DNA of 64,000 bases, from positions 70,618,001-70,682,000 of the forward strand of contig CM060733.1 in the NCBI GenBank assembly GCA_030704615.1, written 5' to 3'. Under the pieces are notes generated by a model. The model worked only from the letters and a program-made list of their open reading frames with translations. It made no database searches and had not been told where the DNA came from. The translations under genes were made by a program, and so were the position numbers. Source of the DNA: Takakia lepidozioides (taxonomy: Eukaryota; Plantae; Bryophyta). How positions within the stretch are numbered: the first letter of the stretch is position 1; the number at the start of each line of letters is the position of its first letter. Shown in pieces: positions 13,513 through 27,169 of this stretch.

Positions 13513-14712
13513 TAAGCACTAGTCTGGTTTTGACTGAGAATCTGGGATGTGCTGTCGGGCTTGTCGTGATCATGCATGACAAGAAGAACCGACACATCTC
13601 TCTCCCTGGATTCTTCTTCCAATCTTGTCTCTTTATCCTGAAGAGGGATGAAGAGGCATCTTGCAACTCACCCATCTGAAATGAATCAGGTTGGGCTGCC
13701 AGGATTTGATTCTATGCCATCAGCTTTGACGATGTTAAGCAAGCCGGAGCGTGCATCATATTGCAATCACTATTGGGAACAACAATTCAAGAAGGTACGT
13801 TGTACTATCATTGCACATGAAATTGAAGTTTTGTGGGGTGCTAGGATAGTCCATGTTTGGGTTGTGTCAAGCACTGGAACTGCGTGTGCTGCTCACTATG
13901 TTGTCACCTATTGCTTTAATGGTTTACAGGTCTCTGTGCTGGAGTATTCACAGGATGCACCCAACTACTGAGATCCGTGCAGAGCTGGAGGAATGCTTAG
14001 TCAGGTTTGATGCACTTATCCTTTTTCGTATTTCTCTAATCATTCTTGTTTCACATGTTGGACTTTCGGTGGTGGACCCACCTGCAGTGTAGTCCATTTG
14101 CCAGCAAACCACATCTAGGCTGTTCAGGAGTATAGCAGGTTGGATTATACTCAACAAAGCGATGCAATCAAAGTCCTGATAGCAAACTCTTCAGCTAGGC
14201 TTCTGAGTAGCCATAGAAGATACAATTGTATAAAAACACGGGAAGAGTATCTTTTAGTTGCTATTTGGAAGAAGTCAAGAACCAAGCATCAAACTCTCAT
14301 CGATATGTCTGCCAATGCAGTAAGGTGCATTCTCATCCTTATTGCAGGAGCCATATAGATTGAAACTGAGGGTGATGAGACATCGGCTGGAGCAAAACCT
14401 TCGTATTGTGAATGCTTGTATTGTGAATGTTTCTTTCTTTCTTTCTTCCTGTGAAATATCTAAACCCTGATTTTCTAACTTTGATGCCACTTCAGACCAT
14501 TTGTCCCTCTCTTCGAACAGCACAATATGGTGCTCTCTTAACTGATATGGATATGGCTATGCAGGATTCACGGCTGAGTCCAGCACAGAAGACAGAGGTG
14601 GAAGCTGAAGTGGAAGCAGAGGTTTGTTGAGTTGACATGTGCTAAGACGGTCTCTGTTGTTTCAGAAAATAGAGAACACTTGAATGTAAGTCCATACCTT
14701 CTTTCTCCTTGT

Positions 14713-15550
14713 TCACATGCGGCCAAATGAGCGGTCCATGATGGCGACCCTTATCTTTCTGCACATGGTGTCCACTTTGCGGTAAGGAGGTAGGTGTAGA
14801 ACTCCGAAGCAAGTAGATGCTTGGATGAATCGCTCATCAGATGTATCCAGAAGCTCCACAGATATAGTCCTCCCCCAAAGAACTCTTGCCCAGTGATAAA
14901 GACTGCCAGTCGAGCCCTCTCTGCAAAAGTGAGTCATGTGACACACTCACGAAACATCTCTCTTAGGTCTTGAGGTACAAAATGCTTGAAGTTGCAAGTG
15001 GCAAGAAATTCTGCCGCTCCCATGGCATTCTTGCCATTGAAAATCACCCTCGAACTCTCTGGTGTGAGGGTGTCTAGTGCTTGCCTCATCTCATCCTTGT
15101 GTTTGGGAGGAATGTAGAAGGAGGGGCTGTCAGGATAGTGGAGTAGAGCCCCTCCCTCAAAGCTCTCCCAACCTGCACCCTGCCGACAAATAGATGACTG
15201 TAGATTGTGGCTCCAAGTTTTCCCTCTACTTGTTGGCGCCACTTGTCTGCATCCAAAGTGAACGTCTTGAATGTCCATCCAAGAGTTTCTTCCCCTACCT
15301 TGCTGTCGGCTAGCTACTGTACCAGTTGCAGCCTCAGGGTAGCTCCTTCTCAATAGATCGAGTATAGACCAGGTTGTCCTCCATCCAAGGCGGAAGTCCC
15401 TCTCGAGGGCTGTCCTTGTGGGCATACCCCATTTGAGAGATCCTCAGACGCGGGAACCATGTTGCATATGATCATCAATGTTGCGTAGGAGAATTGGCGG
15501 TTAACCTCAATCCCGCATGATGCCAACATATAGATCAGGTGACCCCACAT
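14713..15550 (-). pseudogene. Degenerate, apparently intronless HECT E3 ligase domain
   Basis: C-terminus QASTCFGVLHLPPYRKVDTMCRKIRVAIMDRSFG matches the HECT catalytic Cys motif (AxTCFxxLxLPxY...FG); upstream WGHLIYML...FS and IFNG segments fit the N-lobe; split over three ORFs. Confidence 0.65.
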
Positions 15551-17675
15551 ACGTGCCTGCCATGTACAGATAAACCAATTATTCTATGATGGAGGAGGAG
15601 CTGTAACGACCTTGTTCACCCTAGGTTTGACTTTCCTGCAATTTGGGCTTCCCAGCTACACATTTTTTATGGATGAAACAGATGAGATTTTTGTGGCTAA
15701 AATTGTCAGGGGAACTGACCTGGCAACCTCCACTTCACAAGAAGAGTGTCATCATGTGTATACTATTCATTCTTCGAAGGGGAAAAGAAAAGGGAAAGGT
15801 GGATGGAGGAGCTGGGGGAAGAAGGAGAAGAATGCATGTGATTTTGTGGGTAAGTGTTTCATCACAAACTGGACCCAATGTTGGATGTAGTCATTGTGGT
15901 GTGGCCCTTCCTGAACCCTATAAGCTAGAAGTTGCATTATCCACAAGTCGGAATCAAGGATAGAATCAATAGCTTACCATTGGTAATTGAATGTCAGGTC
16001 TCGCAAGCATGCTGTCCTTTTGTGGATGCAATATTTTCCCTTGCATGTTGTCCGTGTATTCAAATATGGAGTTGTACAGGAAGGACTTGACCAAAATTGT
16101 TTCCATGCATTGCTTAACCAACACTGTGTCATCGATTGTCTCTTTTTCAACAAATCCCAGCTTGTGGAATGACTCAATAGGTCTGTAGAAGAAATTCTTG
16201 ATTCCGTTGCATGCCTCCCATTGCATTTGAAAGGCCTGCAGCTCTTTCCCTTGATAGACCTTCACATGAGACAGTGTGTTTTTTGGTCAGTACAATTGGT
16301 GTCATTGGAGTACAAATTAAGCTTTTGTATGAATTGTTTACATTCAAAATCCCCTCATTTCAATGTTAGTGGACTGCTGAATCACATATTTGTGATGCAG
16401 GTGGTGACTATGCATTGACAAAGTTCCTCCTATGATGGCAGGCTTTCCAAGAGCAGCATTGCTGGGAACCCACAGGTGAGGAGCTTTTTGCTGCAACTAG
16501 GGTTGGCACCCACAGGTCTTTAAGTCTTGCTGAGCTATAGAGGCCCTCAAGGACATACATGACAATCTACTCAATGACCAGAATGGCAACTGCAAACCAA
16601 CCTGCTCTTCCTATGTCCATACCATGTCCATAGATTGCATACTGGTCTCAGTGCCACATCTATCTGATTAATATTGGGATGCAGGTGATTCTTAACAACC
16701 ATGTACAGTGCTGTAGATGCATATATTGGTACACTTTTCTTTTCAGATCGTTTTTGATCATAAGACAAGCAGTTTCGGCATTGTACTGCCAAAACATGTT
16801 AGTTTGTTAGTTGTCTAGAAATCGTTGGTAAAGCACGTAGGAAATTAGACAGTGTCTGCGACGACCATGGAGTGGAACTTTGGCGTCAAGATAACCGTAG
16901 GAAGCTACATAGACAGCAGATTAGGTTGTCAATTCGGTACCAGAAACGGCAAGGTAATCATGTTCAAACAATACAGGACGAGTGTTCCAGTCCCAGATTG
17001 CGATCTCTCTTTTCTCCCGCCTTTCAAGTCCAGTAAGAACACATGGTGAGGAGCTTGGCAATTGGTGGAAGCGACATGTACAGCGATGAAATATCGCAAC
17101 AAAGCAAATGACTGCATCGGAATGACAGTAGGTCAGGACGGCTTCAAATGGTGAAGCGTGGATTTGTTAGCGGTGCAGGACAACTGAAGGGGATTCCGGA
17201 CAACCTATGATTCAGTGGCAAAGGGTCAAAGACCCTAGAGCCATCACCAGGGATTTGATTTCCAAAAATACCACAAAATCTTTATGTAGCAAAAGTACGA
17301 CGAATGGTGAAAGGCGCAACTTTTTACCACCGATGGACTTGAAAATTTACAGGCTGATACGGAGTATATAATTGTAGTTTGTCACCAAGTTTGGTGATTT
17401 ATGGAGCTGATTAGCAGTGGCGCCAAATTATTGAGTCGACTGCATTCATGGGGGTCGATTATTTGAATTTCTACTCCTTGGATGGATGAAAAATCTTGAA
17501 ATTTGCCTGAAGGAGCTGGATGGATGAAATGATAACTCGTGCCAATGGTCACCCAATTGGATGGATGAAAAGTTAGCTTTCATTTGCCTCTAAGATTTTT
17601 CATCTATGTTGAATATTATAATATAGATCCTCCAAGGAAACAATAATTTAATGAATATTTTTCATTAGTTTATTA

Positions 17676-18030
17676 GGCTCAAAAACAGTATAAAAGAAGG
17701 GCAAGGCTTCTCTTGTTCTTCATTTTGCTTAGTTCCTCTTGTTGTTGTAGTGTTTGCTAGTTTGTGGCTTAATATCCTAGGGAGTGGAGCTTGAAACTCC
17801 TTAGTTAGATAGAATTCTTGAGAGCCAAGGCACGTGGCCTAGCTTGTAGGCCTTTGAGCCATTTCATTTGTGAAAGAAGAGGGCAATTTCATGTGGAAGA
17901 AAGTGACTTGAGGACGAGTAGGAGGGGCTGGTATGGACTTATGGACGAGAGCCCAAGTGGAGGCCGCATAGAGTACCATTACTTGAGTCAATAGAGCATC
18001 CCAAGCACTCTCGCATAGAAAGGTTGATCC
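17676..18030 (+). repeat. Dispersed repeat copy 1 (LTR-like), diverged homolog of 22201-22545
   Basis: Shared blocks AGGCTCAAAAACAGT, CCTAGGGAGTGGAGCTTGAA, GACGAGTAGGA, CCGCATAGAGTACCATT. Confidence 0.7.
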
Positions 18031-20650
18031 CATCTTACCATTTCATCATTTATGTATGTGATTCATTTATTTTCCAAGCAAAGCTTGAAGTTGAAAAATC
18101 TGATTTAGTCCCTCAAAAGAGGAGTGTGCATTGTGGTGGAATCCCACTATTTCATGTCTAGGATTGACAAGGAGAAGAATCCCATAGCCTATTGGAAAGG
18201 GTACCAATAGAGGCTTGTATTTGAATGGTTTGAAGAAAGAATCTTTGTGCTTTTGGTTATTAATTTGAAATATAGCCAGCTCTGGAAAAGGAAGGCCGGC
18301 TGGATCTATGATAAAAGGCCATTATAAGGCCATTATGTGCTAATCCCCCCCCCACTAGCAAGCCATGGAGGCCTAGAGGAGGGTGTGTTGTGTTTTTTTT
18401 GTCGTGGGGTTTGGGCGGGCTAAATTTGTTTGACAGCAGCTGCCCCAAAGTCGCGAGCAGCCCAGAGGAGTCCGGGTGTTGCGCCTAGAGAGTAGGCACT
18501 CGATTACTTAAAGCGTGGAGGCAGCCGTGGCCTAGCCACGACGTACGGGAAGCGGCGCCCCAGCGCTGACCTTTAAGTCGTATTGAGATCAAGTACATCA
18601 GCCGCGTGGCTTAGGTATGAGGCCCTGAAGCGTGCGAGCAGGGTGCAGGTCTTTACCCGCGGGATAACCAAAAGTTGAGGGTTAGGCGCCATTATCTAAT
18701 GCGCCAATAGTAGATAAAATTTAGGATTCTGGGAGGACGTAGCCTTGGAGGGGAGCATTCTTATGACCCTAAGAGAGAGCCGAGCGGGTCTGTGAGCAGT
18801 GAGCTAGAGGTGGAGACCTCGAGAGACAAGGGATGAGAGAAAGTACTCTGTCCTAAAAACTCGGCTACAATGAACGGTTCCCGGGCGTTCCTCGGTTCTC
18901 ATTGGGTTCCCACGGGGTTCCCAAGGGCATTTCTAGGCGCCAAGGGCATCTTTGGATTCCCCACATGATTTCCCATAGGGGAAGTATTTTTCCGGATTTT
19001 CTTAATTTCTTTTATTTTCCAGCATTTCTGATGTGCGAAATTGCTTAAATATGGTAGATGCATGTGGTGCAAGTTATAGCCTGAAGGGCGTTTATTAAAC
19101 TGATTGAACTTATTGATTTGAGGGGCTTAGAACCACCTTATTGAACTTGGTGAACCTATTGGATTATGATAGATATTTTGGCCACTTCTTTGCTAAAACA
19201 AAGTATTTTTAGGCACTGGGGTAGGAAACGTTGGCCCTTCCATCAGAGGTGACTTGAACTCAGGCCCTCGATGAAGGAAGGGCATTGGGAGAGGAAGATT
19301 TTCCCTCTTCTTCCTAGGCTCGGCAGGTGCCTTGTGAAGGGATGAAAACATATTCCAGCTATAGGCGGCTCGGGGGCCTAGGCGGTAGGAATTAGACAAA
19401 ACAAAAGACTTGGAAGGCAGTTACTAAGTAGATTGTAGAATACCGTAGGACTTAGAAACGCAAACTCGCCCTGTGAAGAGGAGTACGTGACTTCTCTTTG
19501 CCGGTGGACTTAGATAGTGATCATAGCCATCATGTACGACCACGAACCCCCTGCACTAACCGCAGTCGGGTAGGCGATTCAGTGAACCCAACCTACACCG
19601 CAACTTACCACGACCCCCCTAGCTAATATGTCATCACCCTGACCGCGCGCCTCACTTCACTCTGTGTGAGGACCCCAGCTGCAAAGCCTGGCTTCCAGAT
19701 TCTCTGCAAGAGCCACCTGGAAATTGGCAAGTTCAGCGTCAGGAGGGGGGCAGCTCGGTAGGTAAGGCCGGCCCCCCAAATGCCATAGCAAATGAGTGAG
19801 CTTTCTCCCTAATGGGAGAAGGTGGGCAATGCTCAATGGTTGCATCAAAGATATCTCATGACCTCCAGAACGGTCTAGTTCGAATCTCAAATTCTCGCTT
19901 GATGTTGACCTTAGAATACGCTGTCATACCCTTGTGCAACAACATACGACATAACAGAGTATCTGGAGTTACCAACCCTCGGCGCAAGTCCCTCCTTGCC
20001 CACAACTCTGTGCACACATCTACAACCTGGGCCTCTGTGTTTGGGTCAGCTAGTATCTCAGCTCTGAAACCCTCCAAGGTTTGCCAAAATATTTTGGATC
20101 TTGCCACGTCAATCTGGTCAACTGTAACCTTCTCCTCGTTGAAATCCAATAGTCTATAGTATGTCTGATTTGCAGCCATCCAAGCATCACCTAGTTGTTC
20201 AAGTTTTGTTTCTTCCGTGGATGGCATTGGCATTGATGATGAGGCTGCAAGTTCACCTCTGCCTGTGAGACGTGGAGGAGGTCAGGGAGGGCTGGAGGGC
20301 ATCCAGGAAATCATCATCAGAGTCTATGGATGTCATACCTGTAAGTGATCAACATCACAACTTTCATCAGTACTAGGCATAGAACCTCCCTCAACCAAAG
20401 CTTGTTACATATAAGAGAGGCCCACACTGTCACAGAATTCAATGGTTGTTGAGTCTGCTAGTTCTATTTCCATACACAAGATCAGGCCTTGTGAAGAAAG
20501 ATGGCACTCAGAAGTCATAGGTGTTCTATGTGACAAGCCACTGGACCATAGATTTCCTCTAGCATTGTCCTAAGCAAATTGTTGCCAGAACAACCTCACA
20601 GTACTCTGTTTGAAGATGTTGATTGTTAAGTATTAGGTGATGGCTTGAAT

Positions 20651-20715
20651 CCTGCAGGTTAATGCAGTTGCACCTGGATTCATTGCATCTGACATGACCT
20701 CCAAGTTAGTGGACT
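20651..20715 (+). pseudogene. Isolated exon fragment of 3-oxoacyl-ACP reductase (FabG/SDR)
   Basis: Splice acceptor CCTGCAG followed by VNAVAPGFIASDMTSKL. Confidence 0.7.
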
Positions 20716-21349
20716 CCAAGTTCATGTTAGTGGACTGCTGAACCAGGGAACCAGGGGTATGTGAACCTGTAGGTGGCGGTAGACATGAAGGACGCGTGTC
20801 GGGGAGGAGGGCAGCCTGAAAATCGTTGTCGGAGTCATTCTCTAAGGTGGATGCCGGAGGAGGTGGTGGGAGAGCCGGATGAGAAGGGAGGGCTTCTTCC
20901 TCTTAATCATTTGTCAGGCTTGGCAAAGATGGACTTGCTGCAAGGTGCTGAAGAATACGTTTGTAGGAGTCAACCCCTTGTATTGGGAGGGCATGGGAGT
21001 TGTCACAATAGATCACAAAGTAGTTGCTCGACAGTGTACCCCATTTGCTTCCATGCGTTCTATAGAAAGGCTCAAGAGTATAGTATTTGCTAGAGGTTGC
21101 ACCCCTGGACTTGGTGGAACGCTTGTAGAATAAGCCTGACACAAGGGAGGTTAGCGGCAGACCGTGGTCAGCTGCAAAGCATGTCGTCACTTTGTGCTCT
21201 ACAGTGTCCGGCCAAATTGCCCCGGTTATCAGCGTCACGTCCGTCCGTCAGCGTCAGGTCACGTCCGACCTGACGCTGACGGGACCTCCGTCACGTTAGG
21301 TTCGGGGAATATTCTGGTAAAAATAGTACTAGATAAAATACTGCTACTT

Positions 21350-22185
21350 AAGCAGCCACGTCGCCGACACGGTGGCGGTGGCAAATACATTTTGAAAATT
21401 AACAAAATGAACGCGACCGCCAATTATGGCGGTCGCTTTATTTTTCAAAATTAAAAAAGAAATAGCGACCGCCAATTCAATTTATTTTTAAAAAAAAAGC
21501 AAGATTGGCGGTCGCACTGGCGGTCGCTTTATTTTTCAAATTTAAAAAAGAAATAGCGACCGCTATCTTGGCGGTCGCTTCAATTTATTTTTAAAAAAAA
21601 ACAAGATTGGTGGTCGCCTAATTTAAAAAAGAAAACAACCGACTGCCGTATTGGCGGCCGCACAATTTTGTAAATATGTACAGAACAAGCGACCGCCATA
21701 TGGCGGTCGGATAATTTCAAAGATTAAAAAATAAATAAAACAAGCGACCGCCATTGGGCAATCGCTTAATCTAAAAAATATATAGAAAAACAAACGACCG
21801 CCATATGACAATTGGTAAATTTAAAATTATATAAAAAAACAAACGACATATGAAAATAAAAGCGACCGCGACACCGGTGGTCGCTTGTTTTAAAACAATA
21901 CAATATTTGCGACCGCCAAACCGGCGGTCGCGTTAATTTAATAATATATAAAATAAAAGCGATCGCAAGCCTGGAGGTCGCTTAAACTTGAAAATATAAA
22001 GATTAAAAGCGACCGCCTTACTGGCGGTCGCGTTTTTTAAAAAATATTAAAAATAAAAGCGACCACCATATTGGCGGTCACTTTATTTTAAATATATTAT
22101 CAAATGAAGCGACCGCCATACCGGTAGTCGCATTATATTTTGAAATAAAAAATAATAGCGACCGCCATATGGGCGGTTGCTTAAA
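21350..22185. repeat. Array of ~17 palindromes GCGACCGCC-N4-6-GGCGGTCGC in AT-rich spacers, ~50-bp period
   Basis: Copies at about 21909, 21959, 22009, 22059, 22109 and 22158, plus less regular copies upstream. Confidence 0.9.
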
Positions 22186-22200
22186 TTTAAAAATATACAA

Positions 22201-22545
22201 AAGGCTCAAAAACAGTTCCATTGCATAGTTTTCCTCTTGCTTCATGTGTAGTTGCTTTGTTAGAATTGCTTGAGGAGGCTTAGGTCCTAGGGAGTGGAGC
22301 TTGAAGCTCCCTAGTATAGGAAATTTCTGGAGGACTAAGGCAAGAGGCCTAGTTCATTGTGGCCTTGAGGCCTTGTTGAATTTGAGCAAGAAGGTTGGCA
22401 ATTCCATGTGGGGAGAGAGACCTAGAGACGAGTAGGAAGGCCGGTTGGACCTAGTGACGAGTACCGCATGAGGACCGCATAGAGTACCATTTACGAGTCG
22501 TTAGAGCATCACATGCTCCGCGCACATTAGAAGGTTGACACATTT
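22201..22545 (+). repeat. Dispersed repeat copy 2 (LTR-like); abuts the truncated RNase H of the adjacent gypsy
   Basis: Similarity to 17676-18030. Confidence 0.7.
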
Positions 22546-22547
22546 CC

Positions 22548-25500
22548 TTACCCCGTCTTCCTTCTTCGGTCTTGTGGTGATGCATCACTGTGTACATGAA
22601 ATGGTAAATCCCATCTTGGATTTATCAGAATTGGTGCTGCTGTGAGTGCCCTTTTTAGTGAATCAAATGATTCTTGGCAAGCTGGAGACCATCGATATTC
22701 GGTATCTTGCTTCAGCAGTCTATAGACTAGTGCCACTCTATGAGCATATTTGTCCATGTACCTTCTGTAATAGTTCGTTTGTCCCAGAAATCTCTTGAGT
22801 TTCTTGGGATTTTCTTGTGGTGGTATTTTCTGGATAACCTCCACTTTCTTTGGATCTACCAGAATTCCCTATTGGCACACAATGTGTCCCAATAATAATC
22901 CTGAATTCACACAGAATGTACATTTTTCCGGGTTGAGACTTACTCCATTGTTTCTGCAAGCTTGTAGGCAAAGTTTTAACTGTGCCAAATGTTTGGATTT
23001 ATGTCCAAAGACACTGAAATCATCCAAAAATACCTGCATAAAATCATTGAGATAGTTCTTGAATATCTCAGATACTGCTCGTTGAAATGTGGCTGGTGCA
23101 TTGCAAAGTCCAAATGGCATGACTTTGTAAGCATATGCTCCACATTCAGTGATGAATGCGGTCTTTTCTTGGTCTTCTTCTGCCATCTATATCAGGTTGT
23201 ACCCACTAAACCCATCCATGAATGAGTACATCTCATGTCCAGCCACTGTGTTCAACACTATTTCAGTGAAAGGTAGTGGAAAAAGATTTTTCTTGGTTCC
23301 TGCGTTTAACTTGCGGTAGTCCACACACACTCGTAGTTTTCCATTTTTCTTGGGTACTATCACAATGGGCGATAACCATTGTGGTGTCTCTACTGGGTAT
23401 ATGAATCCTGCATCCAGTAACTTCTTGATTTCTTCCCAAACTTTAGCTGCATAGTTGGGGTTCATTCTGTAACGGTTCTGACGAATTGGTTTTGTGTCAA
23501 CTTCCAATTCAATTCGGTGCTGACAGATGTTAGAAGGTATCCCCTTCAAATCCTTGTAGTTCTAGGCAAATACATCCTTGTATTCAGTGAATAATGCAGT
23601 GGCTTCTTGTAGAAATGATTCTTCGAGACCTGCACTTACTCGTATTATCTGTGGTTCTTCCACTGTTCCCAGATTCACTTGAATCAATTGAGTTTCTTCC
23701 GTTACTGTCCATCCTGCAATCTCTTGTCCGATGGTTGCAATTGTGGCAGGTACTTCACTGATTTGAATGTCTTCTTCCCTTTCTTGATAGAACCGGGCCG
23801 GGTGTTGAGGTGTGTCCATCGCTTCTTCCTCTGGATCTTCATTTCTCGAAGTATTTGGTTCTCCTTGGGTGTTCACCATGTGACATCCTACTGTTGTGGT
23901 ATGCTTGACCACCAGTTGTCTAATAGGTTCCAACTGTGGATGTGCTACATATATTGTGGCTTCTTCTTCATCCGACAGTCCACTGGACCAATCATATTCT
24001 TCCACTATGCAAGGTTGTTTCTCTCGTGGAATGGTACCTTGTTGCTTCGTCGTGATGGTGACTTGTTCTGCTCCCTTTTTTATTGTGAGAGTCTGATTTC
24101 CCCAATTGTGGTGTGATTGGGCTTGTGTTAACCATGGTCGGCCAAGTAGTAGTGAATATCCCTCTGCCACATCCTCCATTCTGAGAATGGTTACTGATAT
24201 TTTGTATACCAGTCCTGCTACTTCCATTGCAAGTCGTCTGATGATTCCCAATGGTTGCACTTTTCGTTGATCAGCCATTCGTACCGTGAATGGAGCAGGT
24301 TCCATATGCCCCAATCCTAATGACTTCTTCATCTTTTCTGTCATGATATTCACTCCTGATCCTCCATCGATGAGTACATTCGTTACCATCTTCCGGCCAA
24401 TACATACTTGTTTTGCGGGTACTGCTTCGTCGTAATTTGGAGTTTGTCGTATAGTTGTGGGTTTAATCGTGTAAACCTCTGGTGTTGGTTTTTGTTTTGG
24501 TGTGGGGGTCAATGCCTCGATTGCCCGAAATAAAGTTTTCTTGCGGTGTGGAGCAATTTTTAATAATTGTCCAATGGTAATTTGGGTCTTGGTCTGGCAG
24601 ATTACTTCGGCCAATTACGTTTCCGTGGTTGTATTCATGGTCTTCACCGTTGGTCTGATTTGCTTATCTGGAGTTGGCTCTCCAGAAGGTATATGGGTTC
24701 CTTCTTGCATTTGAGCTATGGTTTTACTTACTTCCTGGTGTAAGCTCTTTTTCTCCTGCCATGCTGCACTTTCTGGATATTGTTTCCGTTCTTCTTCGAT
24801 CTCCTATTTGGAGGTTTCTGTTTCTTGGCCTGAGTTCGGGTTACCGCAAGAGTATCCACTACAGGGGTTACCATACTTACGGCTACACTTGGTCCGGCTT
24901 CCATATTTCCCACTTCTGCCTCATGCTTGATTCGTAACTGGCATTCATGTTTCCAGTGTCCCTCTTTCTTGCAATAGTGGCATCTCGTGCTTTCTTTGTT
25001 TCTGGGTTGATGTTCCCTATCCCTTGGTGGATATTCATTTCGTGGCCTCTGATAACGATTACCCATGTTGTATCGTCTTGGTTCGTCCGATCCTCCCCGT
25101 CGGATTTGGACTTGGTGTACCCCCACCTCTCGTGTGTACCCAGTCTTCTTGGCCCGTTGGTTGTAAATACAATGGCTGGTATTATGATTGTTCATATGAC
25201 AAATATCACAGTATTTGTCCTTCATATGGCATTCCGTTGCCAGGTGTCCTGCAGTCCCCCATTTGTGACACCATGTTGCCTTTCGTGGCCCTTCATCTTT
25301 AAAATTCTTAATAGCCTCTGCTATCTTCTGATCCAAAGTGGTTTTGTCAATCACTTTTTTCTTCTTTTGCTTGGGCTTTTCTTCACCATCAGAGTCTTCT
25401 TCTTCCAAGAGATTCTTGGAATCTTTGCTTCTGCTCTGATGGAATCCCAATTCCAACTTCTTTGCAGTCCCTACTGCTTCAGCCAAAGTGTTGTTAGGCA

Positions 25501-27169
25501 TGACTGTAACCATGGTTACCTATTCAGGACGAAGTCCATTGATGAACCATGATTTTTTCAAATCATCCCCTGGTGCTTGAGGTAGTTTCCTGATCAGAGT
25601 TTTCATTCTCTCCAGGTAGTCGACTACCAATTCTTTCTTTTTCTGTCTTAGGTTCTGTAATCCTGTGAAGATTTCAGACATGGATTTGTTGGATCTATAT
25701 CTTTCTTGAAACGCGGCTCTCATATCCGCCCAATTTGCAAAGTGATTAGCTGGAAAAGTCGCCAACCATTCAATGCATTTCCGGGCCATTGAACAAGGAA
25801 ATAGTCGGATATTCTCTTGGTCTGTTGCTTCATTGTAAATGGTGCACATGTTTTCAAATTGATTAAGATGGATATCTGGATCAGATTTCCCATCATATAA
25901 AGGAAATGGTGGTCTAGTTTTGCTTGCTGCTAAAGGCATCGGTGCAGCTGGTGCAACTGGTTGTCCAAACTGGGATGGTCCCGCTGCTGCTGGCTGTGGT
26001 GGTGTTGGTGTTTGTCTTCCAAACAGTGATTCAAAGCTAGGAGGTCCTTGTCCCAATGATAGTCGTCTTCCAGCTGTTGTCCCTACTAAGCTTAATGAAT
26101 CTTTAAAAGCTTTGAATGCAGTTCTGGTTATTCTTTCTGGAGAAGTGCTTTCACCTTCTTCACTCAAAATGTTCTCAAATCTTTCTTCTAATATTTCAGC
26201 AAAACCTCTATTTGGGCTTGTTACTGTAGAAGGTCCTTCAGATCTTTCTTGTGGTAACCATTCACCAAGTACATTACTGGCAACTTCTTCTGGTGTAGTG
26301 TTCCCACTTCCCACCGATCCGATTTCCTGATCTTCTGGTTTTTCACTGTTTGATGTCTCATCTTGAATAATTTTCAAGTTCTGTAATTCTGGGAACTCTT
26401 CTCTTAACCGAGCCTCCCTTTCTGCAGCATATTTCTCTATTCGTTCAGCTCTATCTTGTTTAGCTTTTTCTTTAATTTCCTCATTCGTTCCCACATCATA
26501 TATAAAATTCTTTTTTAGTACCCTTTAAAACAGTCTTGGTATGTCAGTAAAGAAAATTTATAGTGTCTCTACCCTTTCTTCAAGATTCATCCTATCTTTG
26601 CAAGAATCCGTATTACGACTTAATTTTCCTTTTTACTGATTGATCACCAAACTTTTTAATGGGCACAATAATATCATCTGTATTTTTCAGTGTATCTAAC
26701 TTGCAATAAGTCTTTGGGTATCCAGTACTCCACTGCTTCTATGATCGTGTGACAATATTCATAATTTGAACATCCTTCTCTGAAAAAATAACTAGTGTAA
26801 CAAACTTTTCTGATTGGGATTAGAGTAATCAATAGAGCTAGACGAGACAACCACTCTTCACTTCTAATCCTACATTCCCAAGGTGCTCGTGTAATACTGA
26901 TCACTCCTCCCTTCAATCCCCATTTGTCATCTTCTTTCACGATTGACAGAAAGATTTTCTGTTGTATTGCTCTTGGTAAACCATGAAAATTTTCCAGGAA
27001 TGTTTTCCACTCCTTTGCTTCTGTTGACTCATTCTGTCGTGATTTCAAGAAATCACTGAGTAACCATCCTTCTTTGAGTACTCTTGAACTCAACATACCG
27101 TTAGTCCCCAGTATGGTCGCCAAATGTTAACCGCTGGTTTATGACTTAGCACAAAACAGGCTATTAACA
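22548..27169 (-). mobile_element. Degenerate non-chromoviral Ty3/gypsy (gag, protease, RT, start of RNase H), 3'-truncated
   Basis: Gag 26494-24728 with CHYCKKEGHWKHEC knuckle; VLIDGGSG protease; RT FMDGFSGY and VFLDDF; HSDAS; PBS TGGCGACC next to an LTR end at 27125. Confidence 0.92.

Noticed and set aside
18460-18700. tRNA or other structured RNA gene
   Set aside because: GC-rich with short stems but no cloverleaf or A/B boxes; more likely part of an LTR-like repeat
21350-22185. CRISPR array
   Set aside because: Repeats are degenerate with variable centres, spacers are low-complexity A/T, no cas genes
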